NCBI RefSeq assembly: GCF_006345805.1 | Contig: NC_042999.1 | Location: 63,364,001-63,428,000 of the forward strand | Origin: Octopus sinensis | Lineage: Eukaryota | Length of the DNA: 64,000 nt | Direction: 5' to 3' | Part shown: piece by piece, positions 37,015 to 49,978 of the stretch | How positions within the stretch are numbered: the first letter of the stretch is position 1 | Layout of the letters: the number at the start of each line of letters is the position of its first letter | Program-made: the position numbers and the translations under genes | Notes under the pieces: model-generated | Told to the model about the DNA's origin: nothing | The model's input: the letters and a program-made list of their open reading frames with translations, nothing else | Databases searched by the model: none

Positions 37015-37958
37015 CTTGGGCAAGACTTCCTTTTGTACCCTCCAAACACCCACTTTTATTTTATTTATTTTTTCGACACAAACCCCCGTTTTCGGTTACG
37101 GCGAATACGAATCTGCTAGGGTTTGAGGGTTAGGTTTAGGGTTTTAGGGATAGGGAAAATATCAAAAATGAATGATGGTGGTGGTGGGGGTGCAAATTTA
37201 AAAATGTCAATTTTTGGCAAAAACAAAGGATCTTTTCCTTTTGAACGGCAGTTTTCAACACAATCTCTAGTTAACTAAACACTTTTAAACTTCGTAAACT
37301 GGTAGAATGTGTTTAAAAAACATCATTTCTTCGTGGCTTTATTGAGAAAATTCTATATGTTGTAACATATTTCGACTTTAATTTCGAGCATTTCGGCAGT
37401 TTTAACCAATCGCTGATCCAAAACAAAAATAAAAATAAAAAATTTGGGAGGAAATATTTCCAATAGCGTGTATGTGTAAGTATGTAGACAGGTAAAAATT
37501 TACTTACCTCTTTGCTGTTAAAAAAATGGATCAATTCTCAACAAAATACACTCTAAGCTAGCTAGTTCCGTCGAGTTTTGTACCAGTGTTTTACGAAAAA
37601 GCAAAACCAAAACCAAACTTTCGCGCCCAAATTAATTTTGTGTGGGAGAGGGCGGGGGAAGACAGCAGAGCGATGTCTCATTCTCTGTTATATATATATT
37701 GAACCATTTCTTAAACATACATGATATAGTCTATAAATTTAGGATGTTTTTGAAAGATGATATATTTTATCATCAGAATATATATACTTTCTCACACAAC
37801 AATTGAGATATATTTATTTTAAATCGTTCATCTTTCTCCTCCAACCCCACCCTCACACGCAAAAATTAGTTTGGGCGCGGAAGATTTTTGTCTTTATTTT
37901 TTCTTAAAATGCTGGTATGAAGCTGTAAAACTTTGAGAGAGAGACAGACAGACAGACG

Positions 37959-37994
<36 letters not shown>

Positions 37995-38089
37995 AAAGAG
38001 AGACAGTGAGAGAGAGAGAGAAAGAGAGTGTTGAGAGAGATCAGAAACAAAAATAAGAACGCGACATTATTATCTATAAATGATAAATA

Positions 38090-38465
38090 GGCGTAGGAGT
38101 GGCTGTGTGGTAAGTAGCTTGCTTACCAACCACATGGTTCCAGGTTCAGTCCAATTGCGTGGCACCTTGGGCCAGTGTCTTCTACTATAGCCTCGGGCCG
38201 ACCAAAGCCATGCGAGTGGATTTGGTAGACGGAAATTGAGAGAAGCCCATCGTATATGTGTGTGTCTGTGTTTGTCCTCCCTCCACTATCGCTTGACAGC
38301 TGAGTTTGGTGTGTTTATGTCCCTGTAACTTAGCAGTTCAGCAAAAAAGACCAATAGAATAAGTTCTAGGCTTACAAAGAATAAGTCCTGAGGTCGATTT
38401 GTTCGACTAAAGGTGGTGCTCCATCATGGCCGCAGTCAAATGATTGAAACAAGTAAAAGAATAAT
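38090..38465 (+). mobile_element. Family-A SINE
   Basis: Head, core and tail motifs. Confidence 0.9.
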
Positions 38466-38684
38466 AGAGAGTACATATATATTGTAATTCAAGCTACTAA
38501 ATATCAGCTATCCAATATCAGGCGTGAGCCAGTTCTTTCATAGAGAAAAGTTATGGCGTACTGAATCAGACTTCAAATGACCTTTTTAAACCAACTACCT
38601 TATTAAAATTCAAAGTCACTGAGTCTCAAAATAGCCATAAAGCATCCAGTCCAATGCTGAACCATGAATATCAACTCTAGAATT

Positions 38685-39082
38685 ACTCTTTTACTTGTTT
38701 CAGTCATTTCACTGTGGCCATGCAGGAGCACCGCCTTTAAGTCGAGCAAATCGACCCCAGGAATTATTCTTTGTATGCCTAGAACTTATTCTATCGGCCT
38801 CTTTTACCGAACCGCTAAGTTACGGGGACGTAAACACACCAGCATCGGTTGTCAAGCGATGTTGGGGGAACAAACACAGACACACAAACATACACAAACA
38901 CATATAAACATATACATATATACGCCGGGCTTCTTTCAGTTTCCGTCTACCAAATCCACTCACAAGGCTGTGGTCGACCCGAGGCTATAGTAGAAGACAC
39001 TTGCCCAAGGTGGCGCGCAGTGGGACTGAACCTGGAACCATGGGGTTGGTAAGCAATCTACTTACCACGCAGTCACTCCAAC
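38685..39082 (-). mobile_element. Family-A SINE, tail-to-tail with 38090-38465
   Basis: Head, core and tail motifs. Confidence 0.9.
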
Positions 39083-39737
39083 TCCTAAATTGCCCGTTTA
39101 TTGTCATGTAAGTGAAATTTGTGGAATTAAAAACTTGAACTAGTGTTTCATCATCAATCAGTGGTCCAAAAAACCTTAAAATGTCGGCTAATATACTTGT
39201 GAACGAATTCTTGTTCCATGAAACTAGTATTTTACATAATATAGGTGATGGAAGGGTCACCAAACTTGTTATTTCAATATGTGCTAGCGCTTTTTAGGAA
39301 TTAGGGTATGATTTGAGAGAAATTTGGTTGCTCTGTCTAGCAGATCGAATGACCTCATGCATGCCCTTTTATTGGCTTTAGATTTTCCAGGGGAGGCATT
39401 GATTTTTGTGCGAAACGGCATCCTTCTGATGATAGAGTTCGATGATAGAGTTGCCTCCCTTTGATTAATGCTGAATATAATATATAATGAACTTCTGGTA
39501 TACAGTGCTTTAGGCGCGCTACAACTCATCAGTAAAAGTAAACCCCAAACCGCATGAACAGTACATAAAATATGCACAGGAAGTGAACAGGGAAAGTCTT
39601 ACAAAAAAAAAAGAAAGAAAGAAAAAAGGAAGTAGAAGAAGTAACAGACGTTGGTTGAGGGCATCAGGTGTATTGTTAGCAAATTTCGAGAAAGTTGGAA
39701 GTTTTGAAGGATGTAGTGTAGTTACTTCTATATCATA

Positions 39738-40250
39738 CTAGCAGTATCGCCCGGCGTTGCTCGGGTTTGTAAGGGAAATAACTATATAAGCATTTTTAGA
39801 GAGTTACTTCCCTTATAGATGCCAATTCGGGCTTTCTTAACCATTTCTGTTTTGGTGTCTTCAAGCCATGAAGTCGTTGTTCTAAAAGAACGCTGGTCTC
39901 CTTGACAACGCTTTACGACGTTGATTTCCTTACACTCCCTTCCCCACAGCTTCACGAGGGAGGGAAGAAGGGGGAGAAGCAAACAGGTGCAGATGTGAGC
40001 GTGGACGCCAACTCCACCGCCATCAACACACGAAACATTATGCATTAAAATGGAATAAAAAATGATGTTAAATTATTTTTAAAATCGTAGACTCATCGTA
40101 GACGCGCGCTAATAGCCAGACGGGCTCGATATGAATCACGACTATAAGATACCCGAATTTGGTTAAACTGCACCGCAAAATGTGGGAGTAGTTAGGAATC
40201 TAAATCGAAGGGGACAGACACTCACACAACTACAGTTTTATATATATAGA
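39738..40250 (-). mobile_element. Non-autonomous Helitron
   Basis: Minus strand A|TCTATATATATAAAACTG..CCCGAGCAACGCCGGGCGATACTGCTAG|T; same termini as 35746-36141 with a different interior. Confidence 0.85.
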
Positions 40251-41499
40251 TTTATGTATTTAGTTTTCTAATTTCTTGATGTGAACTCATGTGTTAAAAC
40301 ATATTTTGTTGTATCTCAGGGGAATCATTATGTCAATAATTAATATACACACTGGCTATTTCACACATTTATTTACTTTTTTCTTAATTGATTAACTACC
40401 TTACTAATTAACAAATCAATTGTTCAGTTAACCAGTCAGTTAGCTTTATCAAAGTTCTTTCATCACCATTTGCAACCTTATCACTGATACGCCCTATTCT
40501 ACTCCAGGTCCGTCTGTCTGCCTAACTGTCTGCCTGTCTTTCTTTCTGTCTCCTAGTTTACAAGTTCTCTCAAAAATCTTAACAATCGAGCATCTAACTG
40601 CCAAACATAGTGAGGAACAAATCTTCCACAAATAACACCTTATCTTTTTTTTTAAAAAAAGGGAGCACACATTTCATAATGTGACTGAAGAGAAAAAGGT
40701 AATGGTGATCACGTCTAGAGGGCTTTTGATCATATTTTGCCCCTGATTAGGGCTGACTCAGTGCTAAACAACATTAATTGTACCAAAAGTTTCGTTTGTC
40801 ACTCCTATCAAAATTATATAAACTGACAAAATGATATTTCTTATGTTAACATGAGAAAAGTAGCATATAACAATGAAACATTATTTGGGGATTATAAAAT
40901 TGTAAGATTAAATTCAAAAGGGAAGTGTAGCCATGTAGGATAAATAAGCAATTTAACAGTGGAATATTGTTTTCTCACATTGGCATAAGAACATGTATTT
41001 GTGAAGGAGATAACAGAATAAATCAACCATGGTACTTGACAAAAACTTATTTTCAGTGACTTGTAGTGGTTATTGTTACAGAATGTGTGCTGTGCTATGG
41101 TGCTGAGTCTCTACTTCTAGCATAACTATAACAAAAATATAAGCATGATTTTATTTTTGTGAATGTATATTATTAGATTTGAAAACAAATTATAACAGAA
41201 TCTGTCATCGTTATAATCAGTTGTTACAAAAACTTCCTCCCTCTTTCTTACCAGTTTCAGAGACCCATTAACGACAGTTCATGGGTATTGTTATCTCCAC
41301 CAACTAAAAGATATGATACTGCAAGAAGAGAATTATTATAAAGAAATTCAGCTTCTATTAATTAATTTCCAATGAATTTTACATATCATTTACATATTAT
41401 CTAACAAACACCAGATGTATTCTGATGGAAGTCATTTATAGTATTATCCACATTTTCCTTAATTTCCTTAATTTATTTTCTTTAATAACATGTAGTGTT

Positions 41500-41945
41500 A
41501 CTGGATATCACTGCAACAATATTTCATGACAAGAGAGAGACAAATAATATTCTGAATGCCTTACTTCCCTGGGCATGGATACACCGAAACTCCAATGTCT
41601 GGCAACTGACTTGGCAGACACCCATATAATTATTAACCATCTTACTAACAATAACTCCCATGACATTTGGAAACATTTTTTCATGCTAAGAGTTGCTGAA
41701 GTATAGAACAAACTGCTAGTATCAGTTGTTAGTCATCGAAGCACTGCATCCTTCAAAACTTCCATGCTTCCTGAGATTCACCAACACTACACCTGATTTT
41801 CTCCTCTCCATACACACGCAAGCATGTATCTGACTCATACACTGTTCACTTTCCAGACATTTGTACATTACTGCATATGATTTATACACACTTTTGACAA
41901 GTTGTAGTGCACCTGAGCACTGTATACAATAATTTCATTATTATT
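41500..41945 (+). mobile_element. Degenerate CR1-like LINE 3' end
   Basis: WKHFFMLRVAEV*NKLLVSVVSHRSTASFKTSM (CR1 R.HFF..RV...WN.LP..VV...S...FK); ends in an (ATT)n tail. Confidence 0.65.
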
Positions 41946-41999
41946 ATAATTTCCCATTATAATCCATGACTATTTTATTGATAATGGATTTATCACAGA

Positions 42000-42595
42000 T
42001 AAGACCTGTTGAGGCAAGTGAAATCAAAAATCAAAAATCAAAATCAAAATCAAATTCGATGACTGGCGTCCGTGCTAGCGGGGTGCAAAGAGCAAAATAC
42101 GAGTGTGATCATTGACAGAGTGGCTAACTGGCTTCCATGCCAGTGGCACTTAAAAAGCACCATTCGAGCGTGATCATTACCAGCGTCGCCTTACTGGCAC
42201 TCAAGCCCCATGCTAGTAGGGTATTAAGAGCACCATCCGAGCGTGATCGTTGCCAGAGCGGCTATCTGGCCTCCGTGCCGGTGGCACGTAAAAGACACCA
42301 TTCGAGCGTGATCATTACCAGCATCGCCTTATTGGCACCTGTGCTGGTGGCATGTGTAAAAGATTCAAGTGAGGTCATTGCCAGTACCGCCTGACTGGCC
42401 CTGTGCTGGTGGCATGTAAAAGCACCCACTACACTCTCGGAGTGGTTGGCATTAGGAAGGGCATCCAGCTGTAGAAACTCTGCCAGATCAAGATTGAAGC
42501 CTGGTGCAGCCATCTGGTTCGCCAGCCCTCAGTCATTCGTCCAACCCATGCTAGCATGGAAAGCGGACGTTAAACGATGATGATGATGATGATAT
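42000..42595 (+). mobile_element. RTE-type 3'UTR with alternating A/B ~60-bp units and (GAT)n tail
   Basis: Repeated CGAGCGTGATC.TT.CCAG and GTGGCAC.TAAAAAGCACC; homologues at 54900-55350, 56020-56515 (+) and 58020-58510 (-). Confidence 0.9.
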
Positions 42596-43169
42596 TATGC
42601 TGTTGGTTTGCCATGATAGATAAAAGATGAAAGATAAGAGATACTGGTGGTCGAATTGAAATCTGTTTAAGTATAATGAATGCACATTATTAGTGATAAA
42701 TGAACTAGATTCATTGCACTACACAAGTAATTTTCATGTTGGTCATGAATTAGAAAATGCAGCAACAAAATAGACACAATGGAAAGAATAATTCTGTAGC
42801 TTTTACAAATAATTGATTAAAAAGGCTCTGTAATTAAGCTCATCAAGACAGGGGAAAATATATTCACAGGATTCATATCAGCCAACCATAACAGCATATC
42901 AAGGTTGAATAAGAGCTGTGATAACGATTATTAAAAACGGTGAGAGAGTTTGTGGAGCTGAGCTATGGGTTGCCACATACTAAAAATTGATGCTCAAAAA
43001 TGTGCCTATTTATAGGCCTTGTTTGGAGAATATTTTGAAAGCCCCTAGAATGATCTATTACATGATGTCTGGCTGCTGATCGGTCCATAAGTTAGTCGCT
43101 CACATGAACAAGCTGTGATTTTAACTTGGTAATTTGACAATTCGGGTTCAAATCTTGTGACAGATTTAT

Positions 43170-43325
43170 CTTTGCAAGATGAGCAAACCCATCCAGCACA
43201 CAAGAGTTTTCGGCTTATGTCTCCTACATTCATCCTCTTCAATATTAATAACTTACTTATCACCAAAAAACAGCACTCACTCCTATGTTGATGATATGAC
43301 TCTTCACTCTTTGTTAGTCTTCTGT
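43170..43325 (+). pseudogene. Very degenerate non-LTR RT core fragment
   Basis: SPTFILFNINNLL..(frameshift)..HSYVDDMTLHS resembles LSP.LF...INDL and YADD. Confidence 0.5.
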
Positions 43326-43604
43326 ATGTAGGCACCATGCACATGAAACCTAAACATTCCTCACCAAACATGCACTGTTTCTATAAATAAAGATCTTAAA
43401 ATCTATGAAGGAGGGGTATAATCTTATGTTAATGTAAGAGAGTTTTTCATTTTATTTTCAGTAAGAATTCTGTTTGCTAGTTATTAAGTTTAGTGTAACA
43501 TCATGGAAATCAACAGTAGTTAGGTTATTGACTAAGGTCAATTTTTAGGTCTATTTTTATTATATGACTCCTCTAATAATAAATACAAATAATAAAAATA
43601 GACC

Positions 43605-43858
43605 TAGGAAAATAATTTGGTTCATTCCACCTTGTCTCTAGACAAACATTATCCAGAAAATCACAGGTACAGAAAAAATATTCAACAGGTGCTCAGATAA
43701 TTATTATATAGCTGCTACCCCAAAATGAAAAGTATCATTACACACAATTACCACCAAGAGTCTACTCCCAGTTGTAACTGTCGTGACCCAGAAATCTGTC
43801 CACTTGACCAGAGATGCATGATTAAATGTCATATACGAGGCAGAAGTTACAACAATAT
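43605..43858 (+). mobile_element. PLE linker/GIY-YIG fragment (Naiad-like)
   Basis: RKIIWFIPP, LDKHYPENHRYRKIFNR, YSCYPKMKSIITHN..CNCRDPEICPLDQRC..NVIYEAEVTT, with frameshifts. Confidence 0.75.
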
Positions 43859-43882
43859 ATATAAAGAGAGAGAGAGAGAGAG

Positions 43883-43931
<49 letters not shown>

Positions 43932-44633
43932 TGTGTGTGTTTGAAGTGGTGTACAAATATTGTATATTGAGAAAAAGGAGACAGTCAGAATTTTGGATAA
44001 TTCTTTATTAGCACTTTCGTTCATTTATTGAACTTGTCAAAATAAAATTAAAACCAAAATGATAAAAACAGGACATTTCCTTGTTCTTTTATGTGAATCA
44101 GGTGTTTTTTGTTTTGTTTAGAAAAGGAGAAAAAAATTTTTTTTTTTTTTTAAAAGAGTGGGGAGAAAAGCAAAGAGTGGGAAATATACAAGAGAAGATG
44201 AAGAGAGGATGAAGAAAAAATATATTTGGGGGGGAGTAGGACAATCAAGAAAGAGGAAGAAAAGTAAATGATGGGGAAAGGACAGATAGATAGATAGTGA
44301 TAAATAGATTGGTTGATTGACTGATAGATAGATAGATAGATAGATAGAGAAAGAGAGAGAGGGAGAGAGAGAGAGAGGGAGGCTTCTTTTCAATTTGATG
44401 TGGTCAACCCATTGAAATTTCATTACAAAGTATTTTTCTTTTTCCTCTTCTTTCTTTTTCCCTTCTCATTGTATACCTATCAACATATTTGTAAAGAAAC
44501 ACATTTTCTCACTAGGGCTAGATGACCTTTTAAGATGTCAATTTTAGGAAGTAGGATGAGAAAGATAAGAAAGAGAGGAAGAAGAAAAATTTTTTTTGAT
44601 TCTTATGTGGGTGTGGTCATAAATGTAAGAGTA

Positions 44634-45025
44634 CAAAGTCCTATGAAAATGTATATTCGTTTACACCTGTCTAGTCAAATCCCATATTCTCTGTAATTCC
44701 TACAAAATGATGAGAGATATTCAAAAATATATTTAAGCAGGCCCTGCCTTGTTATAAAATTTATATCCTAAAGAGTGGCTTCCAGCTAAATATACCCTAT
44801 ACATGTTATTACACAACTCATTTATGATGTTTGGTTAAAAGTGCATAGAGAATAGATTGAATTATAAACAGTCCCGAATTCAAATTATTTTTTATATTCT
44901 GACTTTATTTTCCTAATTTATGAATGTTGTTCTAATATTTAATGTTTGTGCAAAATATGGAACTACAAAGAATATGAGATTTGACTAGACAGGTGTAAAG
45001 GAATATACATTTTCATAGGACTTTG
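44634..45025. mobile_element. ~390-bp MITE with ~66-bp TIRs
   Basis: CAAAGTCCTATGAAAATGTATATTC..TAATTCC (44634-44700) versus its reverse complement at 44959-45025; TA on the left flank (Tc1/mariner-like). Confidence 0.8.
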
Positions 45026-45124
45026 AAATCTTTATTTTTCAAATTTTACAGTGATGACTGCATCCACTTAAGAATCAAAAGAATTTTTTTCTTCTTCCTC
45101 TCTTTTCTTATCTTCCACATCCTA

Positions 45125-45490
45125 CTTCCAAAAATTGACATCTTAAAAGGTGGAAATCTGAAGGCTTAAGGTCAAGCAAATATGAAGGATGAGGCAAAAC
45201 TTTCCAACCAAGCTCCAGTAATTGATGCTTTTGCAAAGAAGTGGTTGGTTTTTGTATTGTCATGGTAATGTCAGACAATGCCCTTGTAATTAGCAAGTGC
45301 TGGAGGCTTCTAATGGATTGCTGTGTTTTATTTGTCCAGCTGGTCACAGTACACACCCAAATTGATGGGAGCAAGCCTGTCAAAGACAATGCCATTCCAA
45401 TCTCACCATGTGAAAGCATAACCTTCTTTGGAGGTCATTTGTGATGGTTCAATGCACTTCCCCCATAATCATTTGCACTTCACATTGTTA
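45125..45490 (-). mobile_element. Mariner transposase catalytic-domain pseudogene
   Basis: NNVK..W..EP..KKVML, then LLELGWKVLPHPSYLLDLKPSDFHL. Confidence 0.85.
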
Positions 45491-45576
45491 TAGACCAGTG
45501 GTTCCCACATACATATTGCCTATGGGCCCCTTTGATTCCTATTTTACCCTATTGGAGCTACATAGCCATTCACCCT

Positions 45577-46006
45577 TTACTCTTTACTCTTTTATTCTTT
45601 TACTTGTTTCAGTCATTTGACAGTGGCCATGCTGGAGTACCGCCTTTAGTCGAGCAAATTGACCCCAGGACTTATTCTCTGTAAGCTTAGTACTTATTCT
45701 ATTGGTCTCTCTTGCCGAACCACTAAGTTACGGGGACGTTAACACACCAGCATTGGTTGTCAAGCAATGTTGGGGGCACAAACACAGACACACAAACATA
45801 TACACAAACACATTCACACACACAAATATATATACATATATACGACGGGCTTCTTTCAGTTTCCGTCTACCAAATCCACTTACAAGGCTTTGGTTGGCCT
45901 GAGGCTATCATAGAAGACACTTGCCCAAGGTGCCATGCAGTTGGACAGTACCTCAGACCCATGTGGTTGGTAAGCAAGCTACTTACCACACAGCCACTCC
46001 TACGCC
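45577..46006 (-). mobile_element. Family-A SINE
   Basis: Head, core and tail motifs. Confidence 0.9.
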
Positions 46007-47103
46007 TATACAAAAAAAAATCTTACTGTATTTTTATAATCAAATATTAGTAGGAACTGTGTAAAAAAAAATAAAGATATTTTGTGCATTGTAGAAGAAT
46101 AAGCAATTTATTGCACATACTGCTTCCTTACCTTTTTTAAAATAAAAAGCATGAGCTGTCAATAATGTTTGTTTTGATTCCATATTTTCAAGGGTAATCC
46201 CGAGCACACAATATACAATCTGTCTCCTCACAAGATTGTGCTGAACTATGTTGAAGCGTCAAGTATCTAACCAGTGTGCATATGCAAGGGACACTGATGT
46301 TCGCTACTTATTAGATTGTTTGAATCAGACATTTTGGACCAACCTAGTATACATAAAGGACAGGCTTCCACACAGTTTCTATCTACCAGATTTACTCAGT
46401 TGTTGGTTGGTTGGAAACAATAGTAAAAGATACTTACCCAAGGTACTGTGAGGTGAGACTGAACCTGAAATCACATGGTTGCAAAGCAAGCTTGTTAACC
46501 ACAAGGTCATACTAGTACACACACACAGTTATATGAGTGTGCGTGTATGTGTTACTGTACCTTGGGAAAATCATTTCCTGATAAAAAAAAAACACACACA
46601 CTATTTACAATTACTAATTTTTTAATTATTGTTAGACAACTTGTTAACCACTTAGCTAGTCAACCAATCAATTGTTCAATCAATCAATTTGATCCATCAA
46701 TAATTTGGTTCACTAGAGTCCATTCATTGTTGCCAGGAACTGCATCAAGGACATGTACTCGTCTGCTCTACTTCCAAGAGAAGTTGAGCAGATGAGGGTG
46801 CATGTTATTAAGTCACCAAACAGTGACAAGTAATTGATTGATTAATTTATGAACTTGTTGACAGATAATAAGCAAAAATGAGATATAAGCAATATGTGTT
46901 ACAAAGTGACATTTCCAAGGTAAATTCGCATCAGTTTCAAAACACAATTTCACATCATAATAAATACAAAATGTGTGTGTGTGTGTGTGTGTGTGGTTGA
47001 AATTTACAGAAAAACAAAAGATGAAGACAGGTGTATGAACAACACACAGGTGTATTACATTATTTACATTCAATGGATATTTGTCCTCATCTTGTTTGTT
47101 GCT

Positions 47104-47146
47104 AACACGTTTCGGCTGATATACCCTCCAGCCTTCATCAGGTGCC
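47104..47146 (-). ncRNA. Minimal PLE hammerhead lacking the cleavage triplet
   Basis: GGCAC-CTGATGA-A GGCTG GAGGGTATAT CAGCC-GAAAC-GTGTT; the stem I partner follows GAAAC with no NUH. Confidence 0.6.
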
Positions 47147-47229
47147 TTGGGGAAATTTCGAACCTGGGTTCTCATTCCTAAAGTATTCTTCAATGTTATT
47201 ATTATTATTATTATTATTATTGTTGTTCA

Positions 47230-47301
47230 GGTTACTGCTTGGAATCAAACTCGGAATCTTGGGGTTAGTAGCCTGCACTCTTAACCACTACGCCATATGC
47301 C
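47230..47301 (-). other. tRNA-like Pol III A/B-box module in the PLE 3' region (not a functional tRNA)
   Basis: TGGCGTAGTGG (A box), GAGTTTGATTCC (B box), 72 nt; acceptor stem does not pair. Confidence 0.6.
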
Positions 47302-47344
47302 AGTGGGTGATTATGGAGTGAATTTTAGGGCTTATAAATCTAAT

Positions 47345-48790
47345 ATTTTTCTATCATTCCTTAATACCAGTTCCCATATGCAGCTCATATCTGCACTCGG
47401 TCTGCTTAGGAGGTTGTTGAGTCCTAGCATATGTGCTGTTGTTTTTAGTTTTCATATTTTCCAGTGGTGTTCTCTGTCTATTATTTTAACTTCATCCCAC
47501 AGGGGGAAGGTGGTCTCCATTTTTCCATACATGATCAGCTATACCCGATTTATCAATATCTCCTCATGTCACAGCTTTGTGATGTTTGTCTACCCTTATT
47601 TTGAGGGGGCGGCATGTTTTGCCTTTGTTTAACCTACCACAGCTGACAGGGATGGAGTACACACAGTCTTTGGTCATATTCTCTTCTATTGGTGGTTTTA
47701 CTCGAAGGAGATATTTGCGAAGTGTTGTATTACTCTTGAATACTGTCCTGATGTCATATGGGCCAGATATCTTTTGTATCTTTTTGGAGCGGCCTTTCAC
47801 ATAAGGTAGACAGACTGTGGATAGTTTATTGGCCTCATCCTCTCTATTCTTTATAATTGGAGTGGATAGTATACTTTTGAGGTAGATGTTGCTTAACAAA
47901 TCCTTATTGAGCGTGGTCATTTCTTCGTGGTGTGTATCATGATCACTACTTATATTCTTTGCATGATGTTTTAGGCACTGAGCAATCCCTCTCTTTACAC
48001 TGTATGGATGGTGGGAATTGAAGTTGAGGTATTGTCCAGTAAAGATCGGCTTGCAGTTTACGGATGTCCTGAATCCATACTTGGTGCGTGTTATTAATAT
48101 GTCCAGGAATGCCAGCTGAATGTCTTTTTCCTTTTCCATTGTGAACTGTATGGATGGCTTTATTGAGTTCACATGATCTAACAGCACTTGGACATCTTCC
48201 TGGTGGGTCCAGAGTATAAAGATGTCATCAACATATCGTAGCCATAGTGTTGGTTTTAGTGGTGTTGATCCTAAAGCCAAATTCTCAAAGTATTCCATGT
48301 ATATGTTGGCTTTTATCGGTGATAATGATGAACCCATAGCTAAACCCTCCTCTTGTCGATATATATCAGTGTCCGTACTGAAGTAGGTAGTTTCTACATA
48401 GAAGGTCAACATTTCCATCAAGTTTCTTATTGGTATACTAGTGAGTTCTTTTAGATGTGTGTCTGTCGCTAGTTTCTCTTGAATCACCGATTGTTCTTCA
48501 CCAATTGGGACTCTGGTGAATAGACTTATCACATCTAGACTCACCATCTGGTTGGATTCAATGGGGGTATCCTTGATCAGTTTTGTGAAGTGGGGGGAAT
48601 TCTTCACGTATGATGCTGACTTTCCTGCTAATGGACTGATTATATCCACAAGGAAGTAGCTCAGTGGATTACATGAATGAACCTCTCCAGCTCACTATAG
48701 GACTTAATGGAATACCATCCTTGTGAATCTTAGGATGACCATACATGTGTAGTAGTTTACTGTAATGTTGAGTCAGCTGTCTGTACTTCA
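47345..48790 (-). mobile_element. Penelope-like element (Poseidon-like) RT plus GIY-YIG, decayed
   Basis: YGHPKIHKDGIPLSPIVS; ORF 47564-48649 with LDVISLFT, GLAMGSSLSP, WLRYVDD, LAFLD, YLNFNSHHP, CVYSIPVSCG; then SGIADHVW..WDEVKII. Confidence 0.95.
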
Positions 48791-49222
48791 TTGGTGTAAA
48801 GTGATACAAGGGATGCAAACAAGCCAGCTCATTATATATGCAAGATTGTTCATTTCCAGTTTTCTGTGAGAAACATGTCTCGCTGTGGGGAAATATTACC
48901 TTGTTTGTGGACAAGAAGAATAACCAGCTATTGGAAATCTACTATAACAAATTCCATTGGACCCATGCAAGCATGGAAAAGAGGATGTACCATGTAAAAT
49001 GCACCCATGATGGTCCCACATATAAAGAACTAGTGCTGGTTCCATATAAAAAAAATCACTCAGTACAATCTGCAAAGTGGTTGGCATTAGGAAGGCCATC
49101 CAGCTGTAAATGCCATGTCATAACAGACAATTGAAGTCTACAGCTTACAGCTTTGTCAAACTGTCCAGCCAATGTCAGCATGAAAAATGGATATTAAATG
49201 ATGATGATGATGCTTGCATGTA

Positions 49223-49259
<37 letters not shown>

Positions 49260-49804
49260 ATGCGTGCGTGTGTGTGTGTGCATGTATGTGTGTGTAAGAG
49301 AGAGAGATGTATATTATATTTGGATAAGTAAATTAGACATAATATTTATTTAATGATTGATCTTTTATTTCATGTATACATATACACACACACACACTCA
49401 CACACACACATGTTCATACATGCATGTACATATGTATGTATGTTTGTATAAGGATCAATTACTTCATACTTAAATACCTAATTCCATTTAATTGCCCCTT
49501 GCTCATAACCAATATAGATTTCAGTGGACTTTCAGAGTAGCTGTCCCCACCTCTTGGGAAAAGAATTAGATGGGGCATCTTCTCTCTAAATTAAAAAGAT
49601 TTTTAGTGTTCCTGTGTTTCGTACAATGGGAATTACATTTCTGGAAGAATTTTCTCTCCCTACATTTCAAATTCTTTTTCTTTTTCTTTTTTTTAGATCC
49701 AAACCCCCACCCTGCTCACCTTGGCTCTCTTGCCCTTTTTCTCCCTCACAGGTTGTAATAGTTATTCCAGAACTCTGCCTAATTCTTTAATATGTTTGTT
49801 CTTT

Positions 49805-49929
49805 CATTTTTTTATTCTTTTACTTGTTTCAGTCATTTGACCATGGCCATGCTGGAGCACTGCCTTCAATTGAACAGATCAACACCAGAACTTATTCTTT
49901 GTAAGCCTAGTACTTATTCTATCAGTCTT

Positions 49930-49978
<49 letters not shown>

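Noticed and set aside
47230-47301. Functional tRNA-Ser gene
   Set aside because: Acceptor and anticodon stems do not pair; SINE heads elsewhere are likewise tRNA-derived only.
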